64,000 nt of DNA, from the IMG/VR virus record IMGVR_UViG_3300049460_000371, positions 1-64,000 of that record, one strand, 5' to 3'. Position 1 is the stretch's first letter, and every line of letters starts with the position of its first letter. Below, piece after piece: positions 27,942 to 37,413 of the stretch. The position numbers and the translations under genes are program-made. The notes beneath the pieces were generated by a model. That model searched no databases. It saw only the letters and a list, made by a program, of their open reading frames with translations, and was not told the DNA's origin. Source of the stretch: a virus.

Positions 27942-28361
27942 ATGAGGAGTGCCATGAGACCATTTGCCATTTTAGCTGTGCTATTCATCCTCGCCGAAAT
28001 TGTGATGATCTCTGGTTGTGCTAAGAAAGAATCACCAACGGCGATTAAACCAGTCGCAATCCAGGAAGCGAAAGAAGAGCCGAAGCCCACGCAAGCTCAG
28101 GCCATAGACGCTATCCGTCGCTCCCATCCGCATTCCCTTCAAGTATGTTTCGATGAAGTCAACCAAGGCTTCATGATCGAATATTCCATTCTACCAGACG
28201 ATGCAAAGGAAGATCAGTTCATGCACGGCTGGAAATGGCTCAAGTTTGAACCACTCCATCTTGCAGCTAATGGCACCTGGTTTGCCTCTGAACGTGCTGC
28301 TGCCGACTATGTGCCAATCTATCCTGATGTGTTCAACCTTCCTTGCAAAAACACAAAATGA
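27942..28361 (+). CDS. putative lipoprotein, paralog of previous gene
   Basis: hydrophobic signal ending ISGC (lipobox-like). Confidence 0.75.
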   Translation: MRSAMRPFAILAVLFILAEIVMISGCAKKESPTAIKPVAIQEAKEEPKPTQAQAIDAIRRSHPHSLQVCFDEVNQGFMIEYSILPDDAKEDQFMHGWKWLKFEPLHLAANGTWFASERAAADYVPIYPDVFNLPCKNTK

Positions 28362-28999
28362 ACCAATCGACCGCATTCTGGGCTCAATGGATTGAGCTAC
28401 AACTAAAACACAACCTGGATCGCATGGTCGATCTCAGCATCAAGAATTTTCACTTCCCAGGGCTCAATTACGTTTGCTTCGACTTCATGCCGCACCAAAC
28501 GATTCGCCTCTACATCATCGATCCATCCAGCAAGCCGATCGATACCGAGAACGTACAGATCCACAATCACCTGTACGATAGTCAGATCCTGGTGCTGCAA
28601 GGCCACATCACCAATCGTGTCTACAAGCTGAATAACACTCGTGATGACTATAACGCATACGAGCTGACGTCCGCGCTACATCCAGACAATCATGACCGGA
28701 AAATCAAGCTCAAACACTTGACCAAACGTGGCTTGGACGAAGTCAAGACTATCGAATTACATCCTGGCGATATGCACTATCAGCCCCACACTGAAATTCA
28801 TAATGTCACGAATGATCAGTCGCTCTTTACAGCATTCATGGTATTCGAGTTTCCGACTGTGAAGAAACATTCAGTAATCTGGACCCGAAAGGAATACCCG
28901 GATCTAACCATTCCAACCCCAGACGCATACTTGAAATACGAACCACAGGAACTCAAAGCTTTGGTGACGCGTATGCTGGAGCAAATGAAAATTAGTTGA
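28358..28999 (+). CDS. cupin-fold protein (cysteine dioxygenase-like motif)
   Basis: IHNHLYD..ILVLQG ... EIHNV. Confidence 0.6.
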   Translation: MNQSTAFWAQWIELQLKHNLDRMVDLSIKNFHFPGLNYVCFDFMPHQTIRLYIIDPSSKPIDTENVQIHNHLYDSQILVLQGHITNRVYKLNNTRDDYNAYELTSALHPDNHDRKIKLKHLTKRGLDEVKTIELHPGDMHYQPHTEIHNVTNDQSLFTAFMVFEFPTVKKHSVIWTRKEYPDLTIPTPDAYLKYEPQELKALVTRMLEQMKIS

Positions 29000-29050
29000 T
29001 TAGTTGGTTCATTCGTGTTATCATCTTTACATTAACTAACGGAGCCAACT

Positions 29051-29314
29051 ATGTGGAATACTTTGACCGCAGTCGCAAACAGTCAGTTCCTGCCAACCGA
29101 CGAGTTCACGGAATTTGCCGTCAAGAATGAAGAAAAGTACCGCATCGATATGTCCGATCCAAAACACCCCGAAGTGGGTAATTTCTGGGTTGACGCGCTG
29201 CTCAAAGACTTCCGGGCCGCCTTCCCTGAATTGTGCGAACGCACCCGTAAAGAGAAAATCGAACAGTTCAAAAATGGCGCCCTGCGTCTGAGCGACTTTG
29301 GTGCTCGAGGCTAA
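29051..29314 (+). CDS. hypothetical protein
   Basis: RBS GGAG and promoter upstream. Confidence 0.75.
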   Translation: MWNTLTAVANSQFLPTDEFTEFAVKNEEKYRIDMSDPKHPEVGNFWVDALLKDFRAAFPELCERTRKEKIEQFKNGALRLSDFGARG

Positions 29315-29315
29315 T

Positions 29316-29504
29316 ATGGCAACCATAACTCCAGTCGGCTATACCATTTCCTATCCTGATGGTTCAGGTATCGGCCAATGGATATCCTGGATGGCTTACT
29401 TCGATACGATCGAGGAGGCCAAGAAGAAGGCCACCGACCATATCACCTTCCTGAAAGAACGAGGCCACGACGTTGTTCTGGTTACACTCACGGCAACCAT
29501 CTAA
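29316..29504 (+). CDS. small hypothetical protein
   Basis: RBS GAGG. Confidence 0.7.
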   Translation: MATITPVGYTISYPDGSGIGQWISWMAYFDTIEEAKKKATDHITFLKERGHDVVLVTLTATI

Positions 29505-29507
29505 TAG

Positions 29508-29550
29508 TTGATTTCTGGTTCATTTGAACCTATAATAGGAACATCTGAAC
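29508..29550 (+). promoter_or_regulatory. early promoter cassette (32 bp identical to 36269-36300)
   Basis: TTGATT-17-TATAAT; TTCATTTGAACCTATAATAGGAACATCTGAAC. Confidence 0.85.
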
Positions 29551-29560
29551 TGGAGGCAAT

Positions 29561-30112
29561 ATGACTGCACCAAAACTGCAAAAACGTGACGAATCCTTTA
29601 TCGCTGAGGTTCAACGTTCACGTCATGACTTCAAGCTGAAGCTGCTGGACAACGACGGGCCCAACAGCCTCATTGCTACCGTGCAATGGAGCAGTGTAGT
29701 CGACGGGATGGCGATTCGTCTGGAGTTCAATGCGATGATCTGGGCTGATCGCATTGCGGTCAACGTCAAATATCCTCCAGAAACGGCCGGCGTTCGTGCT
29801 GTCAACCCAACGTTCGAATATATAGTCGAGTACACGCCAACGATCCTGGGGCTGGTTGAAACCGCTCTGGCGAAACGCCGTTCCTTCTATGTGACGCTGG
29901 TCGCACAAAACAAAGCCAAGGCTGACAAACGCAATGCCAAGAAATTGGCTGAACGTGAAGCCAAGGTGCAAGAATTCGTTGCCGAGTTCAACAAAACTGA
30001 ACAGCAAGTTCGCAGTGCTTTTGCGATGTCGGACAAATACGCCAACCGTCTCATGAGCGAACAGAAGAAGTTGGATCTGGCACGTGACTTCCTGACCTTC
30101 GGGAGCTACTGA
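29561..30112 (+). CDS. hypothetical protein
   Basis: RBS GGAGG. Confidence 0.8.
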   Translation: MTAPKLQKRDESFIAEVQRSRHDFKLKLLDNDGPNSLIATVQWSSVVDGMAIRLEFNAMIWADRIAVNVKYPPETAGVRAVNPTFEYIVEYTPTILGLVETALAKRRSFYVTLVAQNKAKADKRNAKKLAEREAKVQEFVAEFNKTEQQVRSAFAMSDKYANRLMSEQKKLDLARDFLTFGSY

Positions 30113-30267
30113 TGAGCAAAGAATCCCGCAAACGCGAGAAGCTTCAGGTTTTCTTCCAAAAGCCTGACACTCGTACCACTCAGGAAAAAGTTGCCGATGG
30201 CAAAGCCAAGCGTGATGCTGCCCAGGCAATTGGCGTCAATCCTGGCAACAAGAAGCGGAAGAAATAA
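30112..30267 (+). CDS. small basic protein (51 aa, below the ORF-track cutoff)
   Basis: TGATG coupling; MSKESRKREK...NKKRKK. Confidence 0.6.
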   Translation: MSKESRKREKLQVFFQKPDTRTTQEKVADGKAKRDAAQAIGVNPGNKKRKK

Positions 30268-30269
30268 TC

Positions 30270-30530
30270 ATGACCGAAGGCGAAAAACAAGCACTTACCT
30301 TCTTGTCAACGCATGGCGGAAGTGTGTTAATCTCGCAAGTACCAGACAAGAATGAAAAAGACTTCTGGGGTGCGGTGGTGGCCGGCATCAACGTGTACAA
30401 AAAGCTGGACAAGCAAGGCTTGGTTGTGATTACCGAGGAAGAACCAGACGAAGAAGGCTTTACCTGGACACCCATGATCGAACTGACTGATGCTGGCAAG
30501 GCCGCAGTCAAGACCATTAAAAACGCATAA
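30270..30530 (+). CDS. hypothetical protein, winged-helix-like
   Basis: KKLDKQGLV...ELTDAGK resembles a wHTH wing. Confidence 0.65.
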   Translation: MTEGEKQALTFLSTHGGSVLISQVPDKNEKDFWGAVVAGINVYKKLDKQGLVVITEEEPDEEGFTWTPMIELTDAGKAAVKTIKNA

Positions 30531-30551
30531 GTGACTAATTGAGAGAAAAAC

Positions 30552-31124
30552 ATGAATGAACTGAAACAATTTGCAACTGCCCTTGCTCAAGCGACTGGTG
30601 GTCAGGCCACTGAAAGTAATGTGGGCGAGATTGTTTACTTCATTGCTGGTGGTTCGGTCAAGTACAACAACAATACCTACAAGGTGTTGCTCAAGGTGAC
30701 CGGCCCCGTAACGGAAGACAGCGGCGATGCTTTCGTGTTTGTTGAGCGCGTAAGCAAACGTGGTGGCGAAGAATTTCAGGTGGTGGATAACCGCCCGATA
30801 TCGCGCACCAATACGCTTAAGAACAACGTGATCGCTATCCGTCCACTGTGTCATTTGATGGACGACCCAATGCCAGGCATCGTCGCCTACACGGCGCAAA
30901 GTGCCGATGTTGCATATACGACTGCTGTCCAGCGTAATGCCGAACGAGCTGTCAAGCACGGCAAAGCGGTAAAGACGATGGAAGAGTATGCCATTAAGCT
31001 GGCAGCAGAGACAGGCTTGAGTGAACGTCAGGCTGCTCGTCTTATTGAAAAGGCTGATGGTTATGTTCGTGGCAAACGACGGTACGATCTTGCTCTGGAG
31101 TTCGCGCAAGCGGGTGTTTGCTAA
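30552..31124 (+). CDS. hypothetical protein
   Basis: ORF track. Confidence 0.75.
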   Translation: MNELKQFATALAQATGGQATESNVGEIVYFIAGGSVKYNNNTYKVLLKVTGPVTEDSGDAFVFVERVSKRGGEEFQVVDNRPISRTNTLKNNVIAIRPLCHLMDDPMPGIVAYTAQSADVAYTTAVQRNAERAVKHGKAVKTMEEYAIKLAAETGLSERQAARLIEKADGYVRGKRRYDLALEFAQAGVC

Positions 31125-31229
31125 AATTTGATTTCATCCTGAATGTACTGTAGAGTGGTGCCTCAGGATAAATATCAGATGATCACATTCTACCCATCTC
31201 ACGTAAAGGCTTCCCATTAGTTTCATCTA

Positions 31230-31589
31230 ATGGAGAAGTCAATGTCAAGAACAACACGAATCAAACAATGGTATCCCACAAGCTACTGGGGCGGGGAAAC
31301 ATACGCGGTGGGTGACTGGTATGTGGAATGGTATGAACGTTGGCGCTGTCTTCGTACTTGGGTAATTATCCCAAAGGAAGATCGCAAAGCTTACGGCAAA
31401 GTCCTTCACGAACGGCACAAAGAGAGCAGTACCGCCAACGAACGTTCACCTAGCCGCTGGTATCGCAAACGCCGTGAATCTGAATACCGAAACTGGTCGA
31501 ACCGTGAGATCCACAGCTATCTGAAAGACCCAGAGCATGAAGTGAATCTGCCCGATTTCCCAATGAGTCATATGTGGGATTGGCGCTAA
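31230..31589 (+). CDS. Trp/Arg-rich hypothetical protein
   Basis: TAAATA at 31169-31174; terminator downstream. Confidence 0.7.
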   Translation: MEKSMSRTTRIKQWYPTSYWGGETYAVGDWYVEWYERWRCLRTWVIIPKEDRKAYGKVLHERHKESSTANERSPSRWYRKRRESEYRNWSNREIHSYLKDPEHEVNLPDFPMSHMWDWR

Positions 31590-31623
31590 CAAGAACCTCC
31601 TTCGGGAGGTTTTTTGTTTTCTC

Positions 31624-31992
31624 TTGACTTTTTCATTTGTGTCATTTATAGTTCACACACATACACACACGGAGCAAATGAAAATGATGCGAGAATGGGA
31701 AGGTTCGGAAGCTGAAGCGTTGGATGACTCGGGCTTCCGCGTAGCTCTGGTTTCTGACCAAGAGCGCTACGAGCGTCATCGCCCTGCGCATCAAGCAACC
31801 CAGCGCAGCAAAGACCTCGAGTACAAGTACGATAAGGCCAAAAGCGCGCCAGTGGGCTCCATGATTCAATGTCCAGTATGTGGAACTTCGATCAAGAAGA
31901 CCACCTACCATAAAGTGTTCTGCTCAAACCAGAAAACGGTGCGCCGTGGTTCGTGCAAGGATCGTTACAACAACATGATTGCATTTGGATAG
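31624..31992 (+). CDS. zinc-binding hypothetical protein
   Basis: CPVCG...FCS...CKDRY; true start about 31678. Confidence 0.7.
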   Translation: MTFSFVSFIVHTHTHTEQMKMMREWEGSEAEALDDSGFRVALVSDQERYERHRPAHQATQRSKDLEYKYDKAKSAPVGSMIQCPVCGTSIKKTTYHKVFCSNQKTVRRGSCKDRYNNMIAFG

Positions 31993-31997
31993 GAAAC

Positions 31998-32285
31998 ATG
32001 ATGACAATTTTCAATCGCCTAGCAACCTGGTACTTTGATCGAATGAACAAAAAGATCAAAGAGAAAAGTGAACGCAAATTCAACCAAGGCTATACCTGGG
32101 CGATGGAAAATCTCAACATGCGGACTATCACCACTCAGCACCTGGTTATCATGTATGGCTCGCACAACACGATCAAGAACATGAATGACTACGGCATGGG
32201 CGTCCTGCGTGCTGTATCGGACTATCGCACGCTCGAAAACATGAGTGCGCAAGCATTCGATCAGATCGAAGCCAACATAAAATAA
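31998..32285 (+). CDS. hypothetical protein
   Basis: RBS AGGA. Confidence 0.7.
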   Translation: MMTIFNRLATWYFDRMNKKIKEKSERKFNQGYTWAMENLNMRTITTQHLVIMYGSHNTIKNMNDYGMGVLRAVSDYRTLENMSAQAFDQIEANIK

Positions 32286-32395
32286 AGCTCCAGGTAACAA
32301 CCAAATGGGGAGCATCTGCTCCCCATTTTCATGAGTAAATGCTTGATTCATTTCTCATATGAATGTACCATACGGCAAACGAATAAGGATTTACC

Positions 32396-33418
32396 ATGCT
32401 ACTGCTTACCCGCCAACAATTCAATGACGCTGTATTCCAGCGCGACAAACACAAGTGCGTCGTGTGCGGGGCAACGAACGACTTGGCTGCCCACCACATT
32501 CTCGAGCGTCGTCTGTTTGACGATGGCGGGTACTATGTGGAAAACGGTGCTACTGTCTGCCCTGAACATCACATGGAAGCAGAGATGACGACGCTGAGCG
32601 TGAAGAAAATTCGCGAACTGTGTGGGATCACCAATCCCGTTATGCCAGAGCATTTTTACGTAGACGACGAGTACGATAAGTGGGGCAACACCATATTACC
32701 AAATGGTTCCCGCACTCGCGGCGAGCTATTTGAAGAAGAGCCTGTGCAGAAAATGCTGAAAGCTGCTGGTGTCCTGGATAGTTTCCTGGAGATAGTCAAG
32801 TATTGCCGTACGTTCCACGCTACGTGGTCCCCTGGTTGTGAGGGCGATGACAAGATGCACAAGGCCATGACACAGTTTGTGGGCAAAGAATGTTACGCGT
32901 CGCAGAAACGTGATGGCGAAACCACAGCCTTGTATCCTAATAACTTCCATGCTCGTTCACTGGATGGTCGGCATCATCCAAGCCGCGACTGGGCAAAAGC
33001 GCTGTGGGGTCGTATTCGCTTTGACATTCCAGAAGGCTGGCGTATCAATGGCGAAAACTTGTACGCCCAGCATTCGATCGGCTACGATGACTTGACTTCG
33101 TACTTCGAGGTCTTCAGTATCTGGGACGAAAATAATCGCCGTTTGCCACTGGATGACCAGTTGGAATGGTGCGAAATCTTGGGGCTGACTCATGTGCCAG
33201 TTGTATGGCGTGGCATTTACGACGAAGATGCCCTTAAAGCATTGCCAGTGACCTTGGGCTGGGATATGACCAAAGTTGAAGGCTATGTGATTTCGTTGGT
33301 CGAATCGTATCACTTCAGCCAAGCGCGTAAGAACCTGGCTAAGTACGTTCGCAAAAATCATGTACAGACAGGTGATCACTGGATGTTCCAGGCCATCACC
33401 CCGAACAAACTGAAATGA
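32396..33418 (+). CDS. HNH endonuclease domain fused to RNA ligase (ATP-dependent nucleotidyltransferase)
   Basis: RDKHKCVVCG..AHHI..NGATVC..HH; KRDGE, GENL, FEVFSIWD, EGYV, KYVR. Confidence 0.85.
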   Translation: MLLLTRQQFNDAVFQRDKHKCVVCGATNDLAAHHILERRLFDDGGYYVENGATVCPEHHMEAEMTTLSVKKIRELCGITNPVMPEHFYVDDEYDKWGNTILPNGSRTRGELFEEEPVQKMLKAAGVLDSFLEIVKYCRTFHATWSPGCEGDDKMHKAMTQFVGKECYASQKRDGETTALYPNNFHARSLDGRHHPSRDWAKALWGRIRFDIPEGWRINGENLYAQHSIGYDDLTSYFEVFSIWDENNRRLPLDDQLEWCEILGLTHVPVVWRGIYDEDALKALPVTLGWDMTKVEGYVISLVESYHFSQARKNLAKYVRKNHVQTGDHWMFQAITPNKLK

Positions 33419-33427
33419 GGAGGCAAC

Positions 33428-33646
33428 ATGGCAACACCACGCATTCTCCCTGAAGCATACAAGGATTACGAAAACAAGTTCAGCATGGCCTCCATGCGCG
33501 GCTCCAACCGCATGGACCTGTGGTGTGTCGTAAAGGGCACGGTTGCGTCGTACAAGACAGAACTGAACGGCAAGACGCTCTACGACGGCCCCGACAGCGA
33601 AGCAGCGGCAATCGCTTACCGTGACGCCAAACTGACGACCGCATAA
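33428..33646 (+). CDS. hypothetical protein
   Basis: RBS GAGGAGG. Confidence 0.75.
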   Translation: MATPRILPEAYKDYENKFSMASMRGSNRMDLWCVVKGTVASYKTELNGKTLYDGPDSEAAAIAYRDAKLTTA

Positions 33647-33649
33647 GGA

Positions 33650-34105
33650 GTGACCATGAATAAGAAACCACTCGGCACAGTTGAAGGCCGTCCCGTATAC
33701 CCGGGCGACAAACTCTACGTGGACATCCGCAACACCTGCGCTACCGAATGGGGCGACGGTCAGATCGCTTCTATGGGGGCCAATGAAGGCCAGGGTGCGA
33801 TGATCATCTTCGAAGATGGTGACTATCGCATGTGCGATCGCCTCGTCTGGGAACCAAAGCCGTTGCCAGTTCCAGAACCAACGGCAAAAGCCCCAGAAGC
33901 CCCGCCGTTCGTCTTGCAAGCATACCAAAACCCGGCCAACTACTCCAAGGAAGAGTTGATGAAAATCCTGACGGCATTCTTCGACATCGCCGACGGCATT
34001 CAAGAACACGAGTTTGTTGAACACACGGGCGATAGCTGCTTGGCGTCGCAAGTCAACTACGGCGAAGCTCGCAAGCTGGTTTGCGACAAACGCTGGGGCC
34101 GCTAA
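33650..34105 (+). CDS. hypothetical protein
   Basis: RBS AAGGAG. Confidence 0.75.
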   Translation: MTMNKKPLGTVEGRPVYPGDKLYVDIRNTCATEWGDGQIASMGANEGQGAMIIFEDGDYRMCDRLVWEPKPLPVPEPTAKAPEAPPFVLQAYQNPANYSKEELMKILTAFFDIADGIQEHEFVEHTGDSCLASQVNYGEARKLVCDKRWGR

Positions 34106-34133
34106 TCTTTCATTTTGACGAGAAGATTCACTG

Positions 34134-34673
34134 ATGACTACCCTGATTGAAAAGGTGTTCGGTCCTATTGGGCAAACGCAATATCGAGCCGGTTTTCATT
34201 GGGATGGTGATCCAGCGGTAGTCCAGCAGATTTACGATTCGGCCATGGAGATGGGATTCCGAAAGATGATGTACTACGATTACGGAGATCACGCCGAGTG
34301 GCTGATTCAAGCCAAAGATGAAGAAATGGAGGCACTGTTCCGATTGACGTGGCACGACGAGATTGATGTGGTACGGTTCGAACATGACAAGAAGATCAAG
34401 TTCCCTCCAGACTGGATCACCAAGTTGCTCTACTATACGGTCAAGTATGGCGAACGTAATTTTCCACTCATGTTAATATTGCTGATCCTGTTCGCAATCA
34501 GCCCGGTGCTTCTATCAAAGTTACTCGATATACCAAGGCTGATGTGGGGAACAATGGTTGTGGTCGGGCTGATGACTTCACTGGCCTTCATTCGGGTATA
34601 CGATGACATGCGGATCCAAAAACATGAACGCAAGCTGTTCCACCGCGGGGGCGGGTTGCATGAAGAGTTCTAG
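34134..34673 (+). CDS. DA.LFKL domain fused to two TM helices
   Basis: AKDEEMEALFRLTW followed by two hydrophobic segments. Confidence 0.75.
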   Translation: MTTLIEKVFGPIGQTQYRAGFHWDGDPAVVQQIYDSAMEMGFRKMMYYDYGDHAEWLIQAKDEEMEALFRLTWHDEIDVVRFEHDKKIKFPPDWITKLLYYTVKYGERNFPLMLILLILFAISPVLLSKLLDIPRLMWGTMVVVGLMTSLAFIRVYDDMRIQKHERKLFHRGGGLHEEF

Positions 34674-35287
34674 CGTCGACCGATAACCATGTAGCGAGTG
34701 TACATGGGGAAAACTAGTTCACCAGCATACAAGGTCTCTGACAAGTTCAGAGACCTTTCTAATTCCGCAGCAGAATCGACACAGTTGACATGGTCCAGTA
34801 CATGCCGGGCATTATTGCTCTGGGCCACGATAAGCGTGCCAGCGTCGATTAAATCAATCCAAGACGAGGTATCACTGATATGCTCCATTGAGGTATTGAC
34901 TACACAGTCGTATCCCGCATAATCAAATTTGTACATATCTGAATGAATCGCCGTACCTGTCCCGGCGAGCACCAGATTTGCGATTGTGGTGGATGATTCA
35001 CTTATGTCGAGACTATCAGCCTTGAATAATGGGCACGTTTCATTGATGGCTCTTGCCAACAAACCTATCCACCCACCCACCACAATGAAACGAGCCCTAT
35101 GGGCTGGCAATACTTCAAGTAATTTGTTCAAGAGCCATTTCTTGCTCATAAGCTGTCCACTACTAAGTGCATCACGCATTTCTTCCTTCGTGACAGCATT
35201 GAAGGCCACCGGGTCATATAGGGCATTGGTGAAACCAATGATTGCGCGGTCGATGGGTGAAAGGCTATTAATCAAGTTTTCGTTCAT
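34670..35287 (-). CDS. class I SAM-dependent methyltransferase-like protein
   Basis: IVVGGWIG, SLDIS, VVNTSMEH, QSNN; late promoter 35311-35316 (-). Confidence 0.65.
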   Translation of the reverse strand: MNENLINSLSPIDRAIIGFTNALYDPVAFNAVTKEEMRDALSSGQLMSKKWLLNKLLEVLPAHRARFIVVGGWIGLLARAINETCPLFKADSLDISESSTTIANLVLAGTGTAIHSDMYKFDYAGYDCVVNTSMEHISDTSSWIDLIDAGTLIVAQSNNARHVLDHVNCVDSAAELERSLNLSETLYAGELVFPMYTRYMVIGRR

Positions 35288-35338
35288 GTTTATGGTCTCA
35301 AATGTGTTAATATTTAGCCCTCACATTGGAGCATATTC

Positions 35339-35563
35339 ATGGCAATTGCTTTATATAAAGTTCACGTTGAAGAATTGGTATTCCCATACAGACGCGAACT
35401 GATTGATACATTCCCAATGTCACAGCAAAATGATGTAATGCGTTTCGTGGAAGTTTTCAACAACGCACGAGGCCATATTTGGTCCTTCAAGCTGGAAGCA
35501 TTGTTTGATAAGACCATGGAAGAGCCACACGCCAAAATAATTGGCAATGTTCATTTGACTTGA
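35339..35563 (+). CDS. hypothetical protein
   Basis: RBS GGAG. Confidence 0.6.
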   Translation: MAIALYKVHVEELVFPYRRELIDTFPMSQQNDVMRFVEVFNNARGHIWSFKLEALFDKTMEEPHAKIIGNVHLT

Positions 35564-35616
35564 CCATTTAACCAAATGAATGTATCCTGGAGTTAATATG
35601 AACTTCGGGATATATC

Positions 35617-36261
35617 ATGCAACGTGGCTTCAACATCAGTACGCGCACGGCGTGCATCATTGGTGGATTGGTAATTGGTGCAGTCCTGTTTGACTCCTAC
35701 CAGGAGCGTCAACTGGTTCGTGAACGTCTGGATGTAGTTGAACAGCAGACCAAACAAACCGCTGCGGACATTCAGGAAATCAAGGATGTCCTGATCCATT
35801 CGGCCGAACGTATCACCTATACCCAAGACGACGAAAAATGCTTGGCCAAAAACATCTATCATGAAGCCGGGGTAGAATCCAAAGTTGGCAAAGTTGCAGT
35901 CGGTCAAGTTACCATCAATCGTCTGAAGACCGGTCGTTGGGGTGACAACATTTGCGACGTCGTGTACGCAAAAGAACAATTCAGCTGGACATTGAGCAAG
36001 AAGCTCAAAAACGAAGAACCAAAAGGTCAATTGTGGGAAGATAGTTTGCGTGTCACCGCACAAGTGCTGGCAGGTCTTCGTGTAAAGTCGTTGACTGACA
36101 GTCTGTTCTACCATACTGATTACATCAGCCTGCCAGCCTGGGTTGAGCCATCGGCATTGATCACCCAGATTGACCAGCACAAGTTCTACACGAAAGCTAA
36201 ATTCGTGCTGAAGAAAAAGAAACCGAAGGAAAAACGCAAACATCGCCGCGTTAATACTTGA
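35617..36261 (+). CDS. cell wall hydrolase, SleB/Hydrolase_2 family, with N-terminal membrane anchor
   Basis: CLAKNIYHEA..ES..GKVAV..V..NR, ICDVVY..QFSW. Confidence 0.9.
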   Translation: MQRGFNISTRTACIIGGLVIGAVLFDSYQERQLVRERLDVVEQQTKQTAADIQEIKDVLIHSAERITYTQDDEKCLAKNIYHEAGVESKVGKVAVGQVTINRLKTGRWGDNICDVVYAKEQFSWTLSKKLKNEEPKGQLWEDSLRVTAQVLAGLRVKSLTDSLFYHTDYISLPAWVEPSALITQIDQHKFYTKAKFVLKKKKPKEKRKHRRVNT

Positions 36262-36300
36262 TTGTTTATTCATTTGAACCTATAATAGGAACATCTGAAC
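36258..36300 (+). promoter_or_regulatory. early promoter cassette
   Basis: TTGATT-17-TATAAT; 32-bp identity with 29519-29550. Confidence 0.85.
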
Positions 36301-36312
36301 AAGGAGAACATC

Positions 36313-36552
36313 ATGGCAACTGAACGCACCTACTGGTCCGCCCCCGTAAACGACTGTGATGTATGCACCGCCCCAATTGGCGATGACCTGTACGATATGA
36401 AGACCAAGCAAGGTCCATGGGCTACGATGTGCAATCGCTGCGCTCTGCATGGCATGGGCATCGGTCGCCTGGGCCTTGGTCTGGGCCAGCACTATCACAA
36501 AGAGGCTGATGGCAAATACTATCTGGTGTCAGGCATGGAAGACACCAACTAA
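36313..36552 (+). CDS. small zinc-binding protein
   Basis: CDVC...WATMCNRC...GLGQ.Y. Confidence 0.8.
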   Translation: MATERTYWSAPVNDCDVCTAPIGDDLYDMKTKQGPWATMCNRCALHGMGIGRLGLGLGQHYHKEADGKYYLVSGMEDTN

Positions 36553-36634
36553 ATGTGAAAAACTGGCAATTGCTTAAATGAGCTTGCCAGTTAATAATTC
36601 GATCGCTGTTTTTACAAACCTAACGGGGATCGAA

Positions 36635-37303
36635 ATGACATTTATTAACGAAGGCATTGCCTTAATCTTGGGCGGCATGTTGTTCTGGCCGCTCGTTGCA
36701 GTTCTGTTCTTTGGCTTCTGGGCACTCTCGGAAAACAACTGGAACATCACCGGTGTTTTGGCACTGGCCGCGTTGGTCTTCCTGACCAATGAACAATACC
36801 ACTACCTGGGCTTCTTCAGCACCTGGTACAACGTTGTCGGTTTCATTGTCGGCTACGCAATCCTTGGTGGCCTGTACTCGTTCTTGCGCTGGTACCTGTA
36901 CTTGCGTGCAATCCAGAACAAGTTCATCGAACTGCGTGATGCATTCATCCTGCAATACAACCTGGCAACCGACTTCTTCCGTCAAGACTATGCAGCTGGT
37001 ACCAAGGAAGCTGCTCGTCAACAAGAGTTCATCGGCAAATTCTACTACGGTGGCGATGCACGTGGCTTCAACAGTGTGCCAAAAGAAGTCAACACCATGG
37101 GTGACCTGATCAAGTACGTGACTCCAGTCGCAAGCAAGAACAAAGTGATCATCATCCAGCGTATCACTTACTGGCCGACTTCGCTGCTGTGGTTCGCGAT
37201 CAGCGACGTGGTCCGTGAAGCTGCTGAAACCGTGTACCGCGTAATCGGCGGCAACTACCAGAAGCTGGCGAACAGCATGTTCAACGCCAAAGAAATCCTG
37301 TAA
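36635..37303 (+). CDS. multi-pass membrane protein
   Basis: three or four hydrophobic segments. Confidence 0.8.
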   Translation: MTFINEGIALILGGMLFWPLVAVLFFGFWALSENNWNITGVLALAALVFLTNEQYHYLGFFSTWYNVVGFIVGYAILGGLYSFLRWYLYLRAIQNKFIELRDAFILQYNLATDFFRQDYAAGTKEAARQQEFIGKFYYGGDARGFNSVPKEVNTMGDLIKYVTPVASKNKVIIIQRITYWPTSLLWFAISDVVREAAETVYRVIGGNYQKLANSMFNAKEIL

Positions 37304-37318
37304 CGGTTTCGAAGCGGC

Positions 37319-37346
37319 AAAAAGCCCGGGACGTCCCGGGCTTTTT
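37319..37346. terminator. bidirectional terminator, identical to 24588-24615
   Basis: 28-bp perfect palindrome. Confidence 0.85.
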
Positions 37347-37413
37347 CATTTGGAATTCGCTTGAGTGGATCAACTTTTTCAGTTACCATTTAGACAAATG
37401 AAAGGGATACATC

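Noticed and set aside
32957-34051. 364-aa minus-strand ORF, and similar ones at 12802-13644, 19251-19988, 37390-38112 and 58725-59657
   Set aside because: These are shadows of well-supported + strand genes.
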